NCBI GenBank assembly: GCA_947259315.1
Contig: CAMYLR010000019.1
Span: 1,252 to 65,251, forward strand
Length of the DNA stretch: 64,000 nucleotides
DNA from: an uncultured Gemmatimonadales bacterium
GTDB lineage: Bacteria; Gemmatimonadota; Gemmatimonadetes; JACCXV01; JAHWKZ01
Direction of reading: 5' to 3'
This document shows positions 9,532-19,255 of this stretch, in pieces. Numbering within the stretch: position 1 is the stretch's first letter; the number at the start of each line of letters is the position of its first letter. The notes beneath the pieces are model-generated. The model saw nothing but the letters and a program-made list of their open reading frames with translations. It was not told the DNA's origin and ran no database searches. The translations under genes were made by a program, and so were the position numbers.

Positions 9532-10209
9532 GTGACTCAACACGGCGTTCGGCTCTATTTCGATTTCATCTCCCCGTACTCTTACCTAGCGCTATCTCAA
9601 GCCAAAATGTTTGGCGAACGGTACGCAATCGAGTGGGAGATACGGCCGATCCTGTACGCCGCGATACTGGAAGCCACCGGGTTGGTGGGTCCAGCCGAGC
9701 AACCGATCAAACGGCGTTACACGGCGCACGATATCATCCGCGCGGCGGACCGATTGGGTGTCCCCTTGGTCGGTCCTCCGGCCCATCCATTCAACCCCTT
9801 GATGGCCCTCCGAACAACTTGCCTCCACCAAGATCATCCGCGTAGCGTCGAGCTAGCCGTCGAGCTGGCCACCCTCTGTTGGGGTCAGGGACGACCGCTG
9901 ACAGAGTACGAAGTGCTCGAGCAAGCCCTTCAAGCGACCGCGCTCGAGACACCCGATCTAGCTGACCAGATCACCGCGCCGAGCACCAAGGCTTTGCTCA
10001 AGCAGAACACGGCGCAGGCACTCGCCGCGGGTGTGTTCGGTGTGCCGACCTTTCTGTGGCAGGGGGAGGTCTTCTGGGGTCACGACCGCATGGACCATTT
10101 GGCGGACCGACTCGCCGGCAGGCTCGATTCACCCGCAACCCGCGCCCAAGCCTGGGCCGCTAAGCCGCGCGAAGCCGAGCGACCGAGCTCCCCTTGGCCA
10201 AAGTCCTAA
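9532..10209 (+). CDS. DsbA-like thioredoxin-fold protein, 2-hydroxychromene-2-carboxylate isomerase family
   Basis: YFDFISPYSYLA N-terminus and ...GVFGVPTFLW... typical of the HCCA isomerase / DsbA-like family. There is no CxxC motif. Confidence 0.6.
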   Translation: MTQHGVRLYFDFISPYSYLALSQAKMFGERYAIEWEIRPILYAAILEATGLVGPAEQPIKRRYTAHDIIRAADRLGVPLVGPPAHPFNPLMALRTTCLHQDHPRSVELAVELATLCWGQGRPLTEYEVLEQALQATALETPDLADQITAPSTKALLKQNTAQALAAGVFGVPTFLWQGEVFWGHDRMDHLADRLAGRLDSPATRAQAWAAKPREAERPSSPWPKS

Positions 10210-11336
10210 TCGTAGCCGGCGAGCCTTCGGGCGACGCCATTGGCGCCGAACTCGTCGACGCGGCGCGCAAAGTGGCCCCGGCGATTGAGTTCTTCGGCGC
10301 GGTGGGTCCAGGTCTCGAAAGCGCGGGAGCGGAGCGTGTCGTCGAGACTCGCGAGCTCACCGCCCTGGGCCTGACCGAGGTCCTGCCCCGCTTGCCAGCG
10401 ATTCGTCGGGCGATGAAGCGATTAGAGCGAGCGGCCAAGGAAAACCGCGCGATCGGCGCCGTGCTCATCGATTCACCCGATTTCAACTTGCGCCTAGCCC
10501 GGAAGCTCGATCGACGAACGATCCCGGTCGTTCAGTACGTCAGTCCAACCGTTTGGGGCTGGCGTCCGGGACGCGTCTCTGCGATCGAGAGAAGCGTGCG
10601 TCGAGTGTTGCTCACGTTGCCGTTTGAGGCCGAGTTCTATCGTGATTCCCGCGTCGACGCCGTCTACGTGGGTCACCCGGCTTTGGATCGCATCCCAAAG
10701 GATCTCGGTGACCGCGATCTGATCGCCAAACGACTCGGCTTAGACGCGTCGCTTCGCTGGGTGGCCCTCTTGCCGGGCAGCCGAACGGGCGAACTCGACC
10801 GGATGGGTCCGCTGCTGGCACAGAGCGCCGCCTGCATTCGGCAACGAATCCCAGACATCGAGCTCTTGGCGATGGTCGCACCGGGGCTCGACTCTTCGGC
10901 GGTCGCCTCCTCCCTCGCCGGGGTCGCGGGGCTGAAACTCATCGATACGGACCGCCACGTCGCATTAGGTCATTGCGATGCGGCGATCGCTAGTTCGGGA
11001 ACCGTGTCTCTAGAGCTGGCGATGCTCGGCGTCCCACACGTGGTGGCTTACCGGCTCTCTAGTGTCACGTTCGCGATCGCCAGGCGTATGGCCAGGGTGC
11101 GCTGGATCGCGCTGCCCAACCTGATCGCCGGTCGAGCGATCGTTCCCGAGCTGATTCAACGCGACGCCGAGCCGCACCGGCTGGCGCAACCGGTGATCGA
11201 ATGGCTCGAAGATGACCGCGCGCGTGCGGCGATCAGGGCAGAGTTGCGAAACGTATCTCAGGCCCTTGGTCCGCCCGGCGTCGCCGAACGCGCGGCCAGA
11301 GCTGCGCTCTCCGTCTTTGGTGTTCCCGTCGAGTGA
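10194..11336 (+). CDS. lpxB: Lipid-A-disaccharide synthase
   Basis: MAKVLIVAGEPSGDAIGAELV, VLIDSPDFNLRLARKL, VQYVSPTVWGWRPGR, LLPGSRTGE, ALPNLIAGR: collinear with E. coli LpxB motifs. Confidence 0.85.
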   Translation: MAKVLIVAGEPSGDAIGAELVDAARKVAPAIEFFGAVGPGLESAGAERVVETRELTALGLTEVLPRLPAIRRAMKRLERAAKENRAIGAVLIDSPDFNLRLARKLDRRTIPVVQYVSPTVWGWRPGRVSAIERSVRRVLLTLPFEAEFYRDSRVDAVYVGHPALDRIPKDLGDRDLIAKRLGLDASLRWVALLPGSRTGELDRMGPLLAQSAACIRQRIPDIELLAMVAPGLDSSAVASSLAGVAGLKLIDTDRHVALGHCDAAIASSGTVSLELAMLGVPHVVAYRLSSVTFAIARRMARVRWIALPNLIAGRAIVPELIQRDAEPHRLAQPVIEWLEDDRARAAIRAELRNVSQALGPPGVAERAARAALSVFGVPVE

Positions 11337-11441
11337 TTCTCGTCGCCGCTCAGCGCAACCGTTTGACTTGCATTGGAGCGGTAACGATTATTCGTTCACG
11401 GTACGCTCCATCACCGATCCCAAACGTAGCGAGGCGATAGC

Positions 11442-11876
11442 ATGGCTGGCGGAACCTTGGTTTCTACGCTGAGCCGGCTCTTCTGCGGTCTAGCGTTCGT
11501 TTTTCACGGCGCCCCAAAGGTCTTTAACCTCGAGGCCACGTCGGGCTTCTTCGAGAGCGTCGGATTTCCATCCTGGTTGGCGATCCCGGTCGCCGGGCTC
11601 GAGTTCTTCGGCGGGATATTCCTGCTAGTGGGGTTTCTCACCCGTTGGTTATCCGTGCTCTTCATCCTGGAGATGGTTGTAGCGATCGTGGCCGTCCACC
11701 TGCCAAATGGGTGGAACGTTTTTGAGGGCGGCTACGAGTACAGTCTCGCATTGATCGTCATGCTGATCGGTGTCATCGTGCTCGGTCCCGGCTCATTCTC
11801 GATCGACGGACAGCTCCGGAAGAGTCGCGAGGGGGCTACCTCACCTGAACCCGACCCACCCAGCCTGGAGACGTGA
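11442..11876 (+). CDS. DoxX family membrane protein
   Basis: About 140 aa with four predicted TM helices and a DoxX-like pattern (FVFHGAPKVFN...FFGGIFLLVGFLTRW). Confidence 0.7.
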   Translation: MAGGTLVSTLSRLFCGLAFVFHGAPKVFNLEATSGFFESVGFPSWLAIPVAGLEFFGGIFLLVGFLTRWLSVLFILEMVVAIVAVHLPNGWNVFEGGYEYSLALIVMLIGVIVLGPGSFSIDGQLRKSREGATSPEPDPPSLET

Positions 11877-13426
11877 GCCCGGCGGCAACCTTCCTCTCAG
11901 CGGCGCCCGAGGTCCGGCTGGCAAAAGCGTTCGAAGCGCCGTTCGCCAACTTTCTCGCCACGGCGCGAACGTGCTACAGCTCCAAGGGCATCATCCCCGA
12001 CGTCGAAATCAACGATCGGTGGATCGGGCTGGCCAGGAGTCTGTACCAGGCCGGGCACCACACCACCCTGCAGCATGCTCAGTTTCAATTCTCCCTCGCC
12101 AATGTCAGCCGCCATTTTATCTGGAGCTTTCTCCACAGTCATCCGTTCTACAACAGCGAGCAGGTGAGTCAGCGCTACGTCGAGGTGAAGCCGGGAAACG
12201 TCGTGATCCCGCCGTTGCAGAGCGAAGCCCTGGCGAGATATCAATCGACGGTGGGGCGGCAAATGAAGGAGTACCGCGAGCTGATCGAGCTGTTGACGCC
12301 GGTGACCGAGGATGCCTATTACGAGCGCTTCCCAGGCCGAAGATCGAACGCTGAGAAGTACGCCAAAGAGATCCAGAAACGAGCGCAGGAGATCGCTCGA
12401 TACGTGTTGCCGATCGGCACGTTCGCATACCTGTATCACACCGTCAGTGGTATCACACTGTTGCGCTACGCAAGGCTGTGCGAGCAAGTCGACACGACGG
12501 CGGAGACAAGGCTAGTCGTCAAGGCGATGGTGGACGCGTTGTTGGAATACGATCCCGCCTACGAGACGATCCTGGAGGAATCGCTGCCGTTGGATTCCAC
12601 TCCTGAACACAGCTTCCTGAGCGCGCGCAACGGCGATGGCGAGCGACGGCGCACGTTCCGTAGGGAATTCGATCGTCAGCTGGATGGCAGATTGTCGCAG
12701 CTGGTCGACTACGGGGCTCGCAACGAACAGGTGCTGGCTGACGCTGTGCGTGAGGTGCTGGGCGAACCCAAAGCCGCGCTCTCCGATGACGAGGCGATCG
12801 GCCTGGCGCTCGATTCACGGCTCAACCCGTTACTCGGCGAAGCACTCAATCTGACCACACACGCCAAGCTCACACGGGCCCTTTATCACCCCCATTACAC
12901 GTTTCGGAAACGGCTCTCGCACGCCGGTGACTCACAAGACCAACGGCATCGAATGACACCTGGCTCGCGGCCAGCGCTTACCGCGCACATCACCCGTGAA
13001 CCGGACTACCTCGTTCCACGGTTGGTACTTGAGGACGCGCGTGTCGAAACAGCGTACCGACAGAGCATGGAGCGCACTTGGGAAGACATCGACGCCGTGC
13101 GGGCGGCTGGCGCCCCGGCAGAGTTCGCCGAATACCTTCTGCCGAACGCGGTCGCCATCCGGTTCACCGAGTCGGCGGACCTGCTGAACTTGTTCCACAA
13201 GCACACGATGCGTCTGTGTTACAATGCGCAGGAGGAGATTTGGCAGGCATCGCTCGAAGAGGCGCAACAAGTCACCGCAGTCAACCCGCGAATCGGGCGC
13301 CATCTACTACCACCCTGCACGGTCCGCTTTCACGCCGGTCAACGACCGATCTGCCCCGAAGGGACACGCTTCTGCGGCGAGCGGGTCTGGAAGCTCGATG
13401 TGGACGCGTTTACCCGCCGTATCTGA
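11873..13426 (+). CDS. Divergent ThyX-fold (flavin-dependent thymidylate synthase-like) protein with a large internal insertion
   Basis: N-terminal half: AGHHTTLQHAQFQFSLANVSRHFIWSFLHSHPFYNSEQVSQRY aligns with ThyX HGHETPFEH..FTF......ARQWFRHRIASYNELSGRY. C-terminal: LLNLFHKHTMRLCYNAQEEIWQ aligns with ThyX FLNLRADSHAQWEIQ. The protein is 517 aa versus ~220-250 for ThyX. The start overlaps the DoxX stop. Confidence 0.5.
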   Translation: MSPAATFLSAAPEVRLAKAFEAPFANFLATARTCYSSKGIIPDVEINDRWIGLARSLYQAGHHTTLQHAQFQFSLANVSRHFIWSFLHSHPFYNSEQVSQRYVEVKPGNVVIPPLQSEALARYQSTVGRQMKEYRELIELLTPVTEDAYYERFPGRRSNAEKYAKEIQKRAQEIARYVLPIGTFAYLYHTVSGITLLRYARLCEQVDTTAETRLVVKAMVDALLEYDPAYETILEESLPLDSTPEHSFLSARNGDGERRRTFRREFDRQLDGRLSQLVDYGARNEQVLADAVREVLGEPKAALSDDEAIGLALDSRLNPLLGEALNLTTHAKLTRALYHPHYTFRKRLSHAGDSQDQRHRMTPGSRPALTAHITREPDYLVPRLVLEDARVETAYRQSMERTWEDIDAVRAAGAPAEFAEYLLPNAVAIRFTESADLLNLFHKHTMRLCYNAQEEIWQASLEEAQQVTAVNPRIGRHLLPPCTVRFHAGQRPICPEGTRFCGERVWKLDVDAFTRRI

Positions 13427-13494
13427 TCACCGCTAGGAATAGAGCGGTTCGAACCGTTCGTCGAAGCCAGGGGTAATCTGCACGAGGAGGGCGC

Positions 13495-14151
13495 GTGCAA
13501 CCTGACATCAACACATGGTGGGGACGGCCTTTCAGGCTCGCCGTACTGGCGGCGGCCGCGATCCACGTAGTGGCACTGCTGACGCTTTCGATCCCGGGGT
13601 CCAAGACGTACGACGATCGGCTCGCCGATAGCGAATTGCTTCTCGTTCCAATGGTCGTGAGTCAGCCTCGTCAGACAGCCCCGGAACCCCCGGTACAACA
13701 ACTCGACGATGAGGTTCCGCCAGAGACTCCGGCAGTGCAAATCGACATCGAGATCCCCCAACCCGCGATGTCGCCAGCAGCACCGTTGACCAGAACGATT
13801 CCGCCGACAACGCTAAACGCCCTTACTGAGCCGACCCAATCGCTGATCGTCAAGCCAGCCGGAATCGGGCGCCGGACGTCCCCCATCGACGCCAAGATGT
13901 TGGCGATAGCCCGAGCCGAGTCCCTCCTCACCTCACGGTTGGCTTCATTGCCCGGAGCAGGCGCTCCGAAACCGAAGCGGCCGATCGACCTGGCCGAGGA
14001 GGGCGGCGTGACGGTCGTGATCCCATGGTCGGGGTTCCTCCCTGCGGATCGATACGACGAAGTCTGGCGCGCGGACCGCTGCCGCAACACGGACCGCGAC
14101 GATGACACCGACAAACCGGGCGAAGCCGCGGCTCGTCGGGCGCAGTGCTGA
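13495..14151 (+). CDS. Hypothetical membrane-anchored proline-rich protein
   Basis: N-terminal TM helix (LAVLAAAAIHVVALLTLSI) followed by a Pro/Glu-rich linker (PEPPVQQLDDEVPPETPAVQ). No confident family assignment. Confidence 0.3.
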   Translation: MQPDINTWWGRPFRLAVLAAAAIHVVALLTLSIPGSKTYDDRLADSELLLVPMVVSQPRQTAPEPPVQQLDDEVPPETPAVQIDIEIPQPAMSPAAPLTRTIPPTTLNALTEPTQSLIVKPAGIGRRTSPIDAKMLAIARAESLLTSRLASLPGAGAPKPKRPIDLAEEGGVTVVIPWSGFLPADRYDEVWRADRCRNTDRDDDTDKPGEAAARRAQC

Positions 14152-14177
14152 CCTCGGACTATCGGAAAAACAGGTAG

Positions 14178-15491
14178 CTAGACGTAACCTCTCAGGCGGG
14201 TCGCTTCCATGACGCGCGAGATCCCGATCATGTAGGAAGCGTTGCGACACGTTAACCGCTCGGCTTGGCTGGTTGTAAATACGTCCCGCCAGGCCAAATT
14301 GATGAATCGCTTGAGCTCCTCATTCACCTTTCCGAGTGACCAATGGAACTTCTGGATGTTCTGAACCCACTCGAAGTACGACACGATCACCCCACCGGCA
14401 TTGACTAGAAGATCCGGCAAAACCAGGACCCCTCGTTGGTTGAGAACATCATCGCCACCAGGGGTCACGGGATGGTTGGCGGCCTCGACGACAACCTCGG
14501 CCTGTACGCGTGCGGCGACTTCCGGATTGATCACGCCGCCGATCGCGGCGGGCATAAGAATGTCACAATCACACGTCAGTAGCTCTTCCTGAGTCAACGG
14601 ATCGGCGTCCGGGAACCCGACCACGCTACCGGTGTCGTCAACGTGCTTCAGCAACCGCGGGATATCGAGCCCGTCGCCATCGAAGATCCCGCCGTCGACA
14701 TCCGAAACCGCCACGATGGTGAGCCCCATACCGTCCAGAATGCGAGCTCCCCAGCTGCCGACATTGCCAAAACCCTGGATCGCGACTCGGGTGCCATCGA
14801 TTGAAAAGCCACAATCAGCCGCCGCCGATTCGAGCACGTACGCGGCCCCCTGGGCGGTCGCCTGTTCCCGCCCCGGCGAGCCCCCGAGTGGAATGGGCTT
14901 GCCAGTTACGATCCCCGGCGTGTGACCATAACGCTGACCGTACGCGTCCATCATCCAGGCCATGATCTGCGCATTGGTGTTCATGTCAGGTGCGGGTATA
15001 TCCCGATTGATTCCGAGGATGTACGAGATGTGCGAGGTATAGCGGCGCGTCATGTCGCGTAGCTCGCGCGGACTCATTCCCCGTGGGTCGACCTGAATGC
15101 CGCCTTTCGCGCCGCCAAAGGGAACGTCGACGATCGCGGTCTTCCACGTCATCAGCGACGCCAGTGCCCGGATTTCGCTCAGGTCTGCCTCCGGATGATA
15201 CCGGATTCCCCCTTTGTACGGTCCGCGAGCGCCATTGTGTTGCACGCGATAGCCGATAAAAACCTCGAGGGTCCCGTCGTCCATCCTCACCGGCACCTCG
15301 ACCCGCATCTCGCGATACGGTGTCTTGAGCAGCAGCCGAAAGTCCTCTGAAACGCCAGCTGCGGTAGCCCCGATGTCGAAGTAGTGATTGACCGCGGCGA
15401 ACGGATCGGTTTCGAGCTCGGCCGCCGCAGCGTCGACGGTCCCGGTATCGCGCGCTGCGAGCGTCGATTCAGCGTTCGGTGGGTTAGACAT
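14178..15491 (-). CDS. gdhA: NAD(P)-specific glutamate dehydrogenase
   Basis: Glu/Leu/Phe/Val dehydrogenase signatures (VPFGGAKGGI, GFGNVGSW Rossmann). About 437 aa. Confidence 0.9.
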   Translation of the reverse strand: MSNPPNAESTLAARDTGTVDAAAAELETDPFAAVNHYFDIGATAAGVSEDFRLLLKTPYREMRVEVPVRMDDGTLEVFIGYRVQHNGARGPYKGGIRYHPEADLSEIRALASLMTWKTAIVDVPFGGAKGGIQVDPRGMSPRELRDMTRRYTSHISYILGINRDIPAPDMNTNAQIMAWMMDAYGQRYGHTPGIVTGKPIPLGGSPGREQATAQGAAYVLESAAADCGFSIDGTRVAIQGFGNVGSWGARILDGMGLTIVAVSDVDGGIFDGDGLDIPRLLKHVDDTGSVVGFPDADPLTQEELLTCDCDILMPAAIGGVINPEVAARVQAEVVVEAANHPVTPGGDDVLNQRGVLVLPDLLVNAGGVIVSYFEWVQNIQKFHWSLGKVNEELKRFINLAWRDVFTTSQAERLTCRNASYMIGISRVMEATRLRGYV

Positions 15492-15594
15492 GGCGGGCGC
15501 AGTATAATCCCGTGCCGCGTCGATCGGCCATCGCTAGTTGAAGATTCGGGCGGTCCGATCAACAGCCTCTCCCTCTTGGATTTACGGAGTCTCG

Positions 15595-17406
15595 ATGGCA
15601 CTCGATTCCCACGCCGTCTCCTCACCGGTTCAATGGCTCGAGTGGGGGCCCGAAGCGTTCTCGCGCGCACGCCGCGAGGACAAGCCGATACTGCTTCGCA
15701 TCTCGGCGATGTGGTGTCACTGGTGCCACGTGATGGACGACACGACCGACGCCGACCCTGAAGTCGCCCGGCGAGTGAACGAGTGGTTCGTCCCGGTACG
15801 AGTCGACAACGACGAGCGACCCGATGTCAACGACCGCTACAACCTGGGCGGCTGGCCAACAACCGCTTTCCTGACCCCTGACGGCGAGCTGATCACCGGC
15901 GGCACGTACTTCCCAGCGGCTCAGTTCAGCGACATTCTCGAGCGCGTCCACCGTGGTTGGGTCGACGACCGCGAAGCCGTTGACGCGGCCGTCGAGAACG
16001 TCCGCGAACGACGCGCCGCGGCCCTCGTGGAACGTTCCAGCCCAGGCGCTTTCGACGCACAATTTCTCACAACGGTCGTCGAGTCGGTTCTCGATGCCTT
16101 CGATTGGCGACACGGCGGGTTTGGAACCCAACCAAAGTTCCCACACCCCGAAGCAGTGCGACTTCTGCTGCACGCGCATCACGGCAGTGGTGCCGATGCA
16201 CCGTTGGAGGCGGCCGAGAAGACGCTGGTCGCAATGCGTGACGCCGGCGTGTCAGCGAGTCGTGCATACGGACTTTACGATCACGTGGCTGGCGGTTTCT
16301 TCCGATACTCGACGACTCGTGATTGGAGTGAGCCTCACTTCGAGAAGATGGCCGAAGACAACGCGCGGCTGGCGATGGCTTACCTCGACGCCTACCGATT
16401 GACCGGCGAGGAGCGGTTCGCTGAGACCGTTCGTGGGATCCTCTCGTTTGTACTCGAGACACTGAGTCACCGCGAGGGCGGTGCGTTCGGAAGCCAAGAT
16501 GCGGACGGGGAGGCCGAGTACTACGGACTCGAGCTTAGTGAACGCGCCAAGCTCCCAACGCCCATCATCGACCATCGTCTCTACACCAACTGGAACGGGA
16601 TGATGGTAGTCGCCGCATCCGAGGCCGCAGCGGTCCTCGACTGGCCTGAGCTTGCCGCGTGGTGCGAGCTCACAGTCGAACGGTTGACGTCCAGGTTATC
16701 CACACCCGACGGCGCCATGCGGCACGTCTTGCGTCCCCCGTACGGCGACGACGGAATCGATGTGGCTGCGCCATTGCTGCTGACCGATCAGGCGTGGTGG
16801 CTGGCGGCCCAGTTGGCAGCTTACCAGAGGACCGGCGATCGCAGCCATTTCAGGCGTGCGGAGGACTTGGCGAATGTGATCGAACGCAATTTCTTCGACG
16901 CTCAGCGTGGAGCGTGCCGGGACCGATCATTCGACGCTCGCGTCGACGGAATCCTCGACCAACCGCACTATCCGGTGACCGATAACGCCGCGGTCGCGAC
17001 CGGCTTTGCGGCTTTGACTGCGCTGGGCGGTGACGAGCGATGGCGCGAGCGGGCAGAGTCGATCATTCAGGCGCTCGCCGGAGAGGCGGCGGGTTTCGGC
17101 CTGCTCGGCGCCAGCCTCGCGCTGGCGGCGATCGACGTCATGGACATGCCGGTCCAGATCCACCTGGTCGGGTCAACCCAAGACCAGGAGTTGCGGGCAT
17201 TGTCGAGGGTCGCCTGGCGCCACTATATGCCATCACGGGTAACGGAGATCCTCGACCCGAGCCGTCAACAGGCCCGGTTGGAGGCGCTCGGTTATCCGCT
17301 CGAGGGCGAACCGCGAGCCTATGTCTGCGTGGGGGATCGATGTTTGGAACCCGTGACCGAGCCGGACGCCTTAGAACGCCAACTACAGAGTATCGGGCGG
17401 CGGTAA
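15595..17406 (+). CDS. Thioredoxin-domain protein, DUF255/YyaL family (N-acylglucosamine 2-epimerase-like fold)
   Basis: MWCHWCHVMDDTT...VPVRVDNDERPDV is the hallmark of the DUF255 thioredoxin domain; a long alpha/alpha-toroid C-terminus follows. Start placed at the internal ATG 15595 (MALDSH...). Confidence 0.75.
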   Translation: MALDSHAVSSPVQWLEWGPEAFSRARREDKPILLRISAMWCHWCHVMDDTTDADPEVARRVNEWFVPVRVDNDERPDVNDRYNLGGWPTTAFLTPDGELITGGTYFPAAQFSDILERVHRGWVDDREAVDAAVENVRERRAAALVERSSPGAFDAQFLTTVVESVLDAFDWRHGGFGTQPKFPHPEAVRLLLHAHHGSGADAPLEAAEKTLVAMRDAGVSASRAYGLYDHVAGGFFRYSTTRDWSEPHFEKMAEDNARLAMAYLDAYRLTGEERFAETVRGILSFVLETLSHREGGAFGSQDADGEAEYYGLELSERAKLPTPIIDHRLYTNWNGMMVVAASEAAAVLDWPELAAWCELTVERLTSRLSTPDGAMRHVLRPPYGDDGIDVAAPLLLTDQAWWLAAQLAAYQRTGDRSHFRRAEDLANVIERNFFDAQRGACRDRSFDARVDGILDQPHYPVTDNAAVATGFAALTALGGDERWRERAESIIQALAGEAAGFGLLGASLALAAIDVMDMPVQIHLVGSTQDQELRALSRVAWRHYMPSRVTEILDPSRQQARLEALGYPLEGEPRAYVCVGDRCLEPVTEPDALERQLQSIGRR

Positions 17407-17414
17407 GCTAGCTA

Positions 17415-18152
17415 TCAGGGACTCTGGCGCGCGGAATCGAACGTCAGCGTGGCACTCGGGGCATCGTTTCCGAGCCGATCGGTGATCGTCGCTTCGAGTG
17501 TGTGTACGCCCGCTGGCAACGGCACCCCGGGCGGCGGAAGCGGCAATGTCGTCTCACGTTCTCCTGCTCCGACCCAAGAGGCGAGATGGAAAATCGCCCC
17601 TTGGGCAGTGATCAGCCTAAAGCGAAGCGCAGCCAAGTCCAGACCGAACCCCGCGCGGTCAGCGTAGTGTGCTTTGACGCCTCCCGCAGTGCGCTCCAAC
17701 GTTAAGGACGGCGGCGCAAACATCTTCTGCGTGGGACTTGGATCGACACCGAGCCGAGCGACGATGATATGAGCCGCACCGGTCATTCGGTGCGCCGCGG
17801 CACCGTTGAGGCCGAACGTCAAACGACCTTCGCGCGGTGCGGCCCAGACGATCGGCTCGACGGGCCAAGCGAACCGGGCGCCATTCTGGAACCGGGCGAT
17901 CACCTCGCCAGCCTGTGCCTCGGGGACCGGCAGCGACGCGGCTCGGGGCCGGGCGACCCGAACGTGATTCTCAACCCAGACCACCAACCGCTCACCACTT
18001 GAGAGCGCGACCCCTGGTTCCGTTCCGTCGGCTTGAATGCGCAATGTGTCGGTCGGAAGGTCGGGCGGAATCGACTGCGAATGCGCGGGGGACGGCCAGC
18101 TACTGGCGAGCATCACCAACGTCACAAGTAGCAACAGGCGGGTGCGGTTCAC
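17415..18152 (-). CDS. Secreted hypothetical protein
   Basis: N-terminal signal peptide (MNRTRLLLLVTLVMLASSWPSPAHS). No recognisable family. Confidence 0.4.
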   Translation of the reverse strand: MNRTRLLLLVTLVMLASSWPSPAHSQSIPPDLPTDTLRIQADGTEPGVALSSGERLVVWVENHVRVARPRAASLPVPEAQAGEVIARFQNGARFAWPVEPIVWAAPREGRLTFGLNGAAAHRMTGAAHIIVARLGVDPSPTQKMFAPPSLTLERTAGGVKAHYADRAGFGLDLAALRFRLITAQGAIFHLASWVGAGERETTLPLPPPGVPLPAGVHTLEATITDRLGNDAPSATLTFDSARQSP

Positions 18153-19150
18153 CCGGACTTATCGCTCACGACTGGCCAGCGCGCCGACGCGATCGCCAGG
18201 AACGCCCGTGCGGCCACCTGTGCCGTCTCGTCGCCCCAGTCCCATCGTGGCGAGAGCTCCATGATGTCACCACCGGAAAAATTGGGCGACGACGCCCACA
18301 TTTCCAGCGCGTGAAGAACCTCTGCTACAGACAACCCACCCGGCCCGGCCGCGCTCGTCCCCGGCGCTTGAGCCTGGTCGATGACGTCCAGATCAACCGA
18401 AACGTACAGGCAATCGGCACACAGCGAGGCACGCTCGAGCGCCTCCTCAGCGACCTGAGCGATTCCGCGTGCGCGAACCGTCGCGACATCGTAGACGCCC
18501 ACGCCCCGCTCCTCGCACCACGCGCGATGGACGGCCGAGTTGGCAAAGGGTCGGATACCGATTTGTATCAGTTGCCCGGGAGAGAGCGCCTCCAGCTCGA
18601 GAGCCCGCCGCATCGACGTACCGCTGGAGATCGAATCGCGGCTGTACGGCCGTACATCGTGATGAGCGTCCAAGCTGATCATACCCCAGTTCCCCCCCCG
18701 CGCTTCGACCAGCGCTCGGAACACGGGAAACGAGAGACTCTGATCGCCGCCGATCGCGATCAGGCAATCGACACGATCGAGCACGCCGGCCAGGACGTTC
18801 GCGACACGATCGTGGGCGTCTGCGACCGCGAGGGTCCGGAGATCGACATCCCCGAGATCGGTTATCCTCGACCCCACCGGCCATTGGGAACTCCCTTGGT
18901 CGGCTGAGAACCGCGTCAACGCTGTCCGAAACGCATCCGGGCCGCGACGCGCACCCGGTCGGGTCGGAATCGCAGCATCAAAGGGAAGCCCGATGATCGC
19001 CGCCGCACACGGACCACCATCGTCGGGCTGGATGCGCTCCACCAACCTGCCGCCACCATCCGACGTGGGATAAAGCGCCCTCGGAGGCAGCAACAGAGAT
19101 TGAAAACCAGCGCTGGTTCGGTCGCTACTCAAGATCGTGGACCTCGCCAT
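18149..19150 (-). CDS. Arginase-family ureohydrolase (agmatinase / formiminoglutamase-like)
   Basis: ISLDAHHDVR, SVDLDVID and IGGDQSLS motifs (Mn-binding residues of the arginase fold). Confidence 0.7.
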   Translation of the reverse strand: MARSTILSSDRTSAGFQSLLLPPRALYPTSDGGGRLVERIQPDDGGPCAAAIIGLPFDAAIPTRPGARRGPDAFRTALTRFSADQGSSQWPVGSRITDLGDVDLRTLAVADAHDRVANVLAGVLDRVDCLIAIGGDQSLSFPVFRALVEARGGNWGMISLDAHHDVRPYSRDSISSGTSMRRALELEALSPGQLIQIGIRPFANSAVHRAWCEERGVGVYDVATVRARGIAQVAEEALERASLCADCLYVSVDLDVIDQAQAPGTSAAGPGGLSVAEVLHALEMWASSPNFSGGDIMELSPRWDWGDETAQVAARAFLAIASARWPVVSDKSG

Positions 19151-19255
19151 CGACGGGCTGGATTACCAGGCTCGACTCCATGCGTCGTCCAGCGGGAAGC
19201 GGCCCAACGTCTGCCGCGCTTCCGACGCGACGTGGTAAACCGCGGGGTAGCGCGC

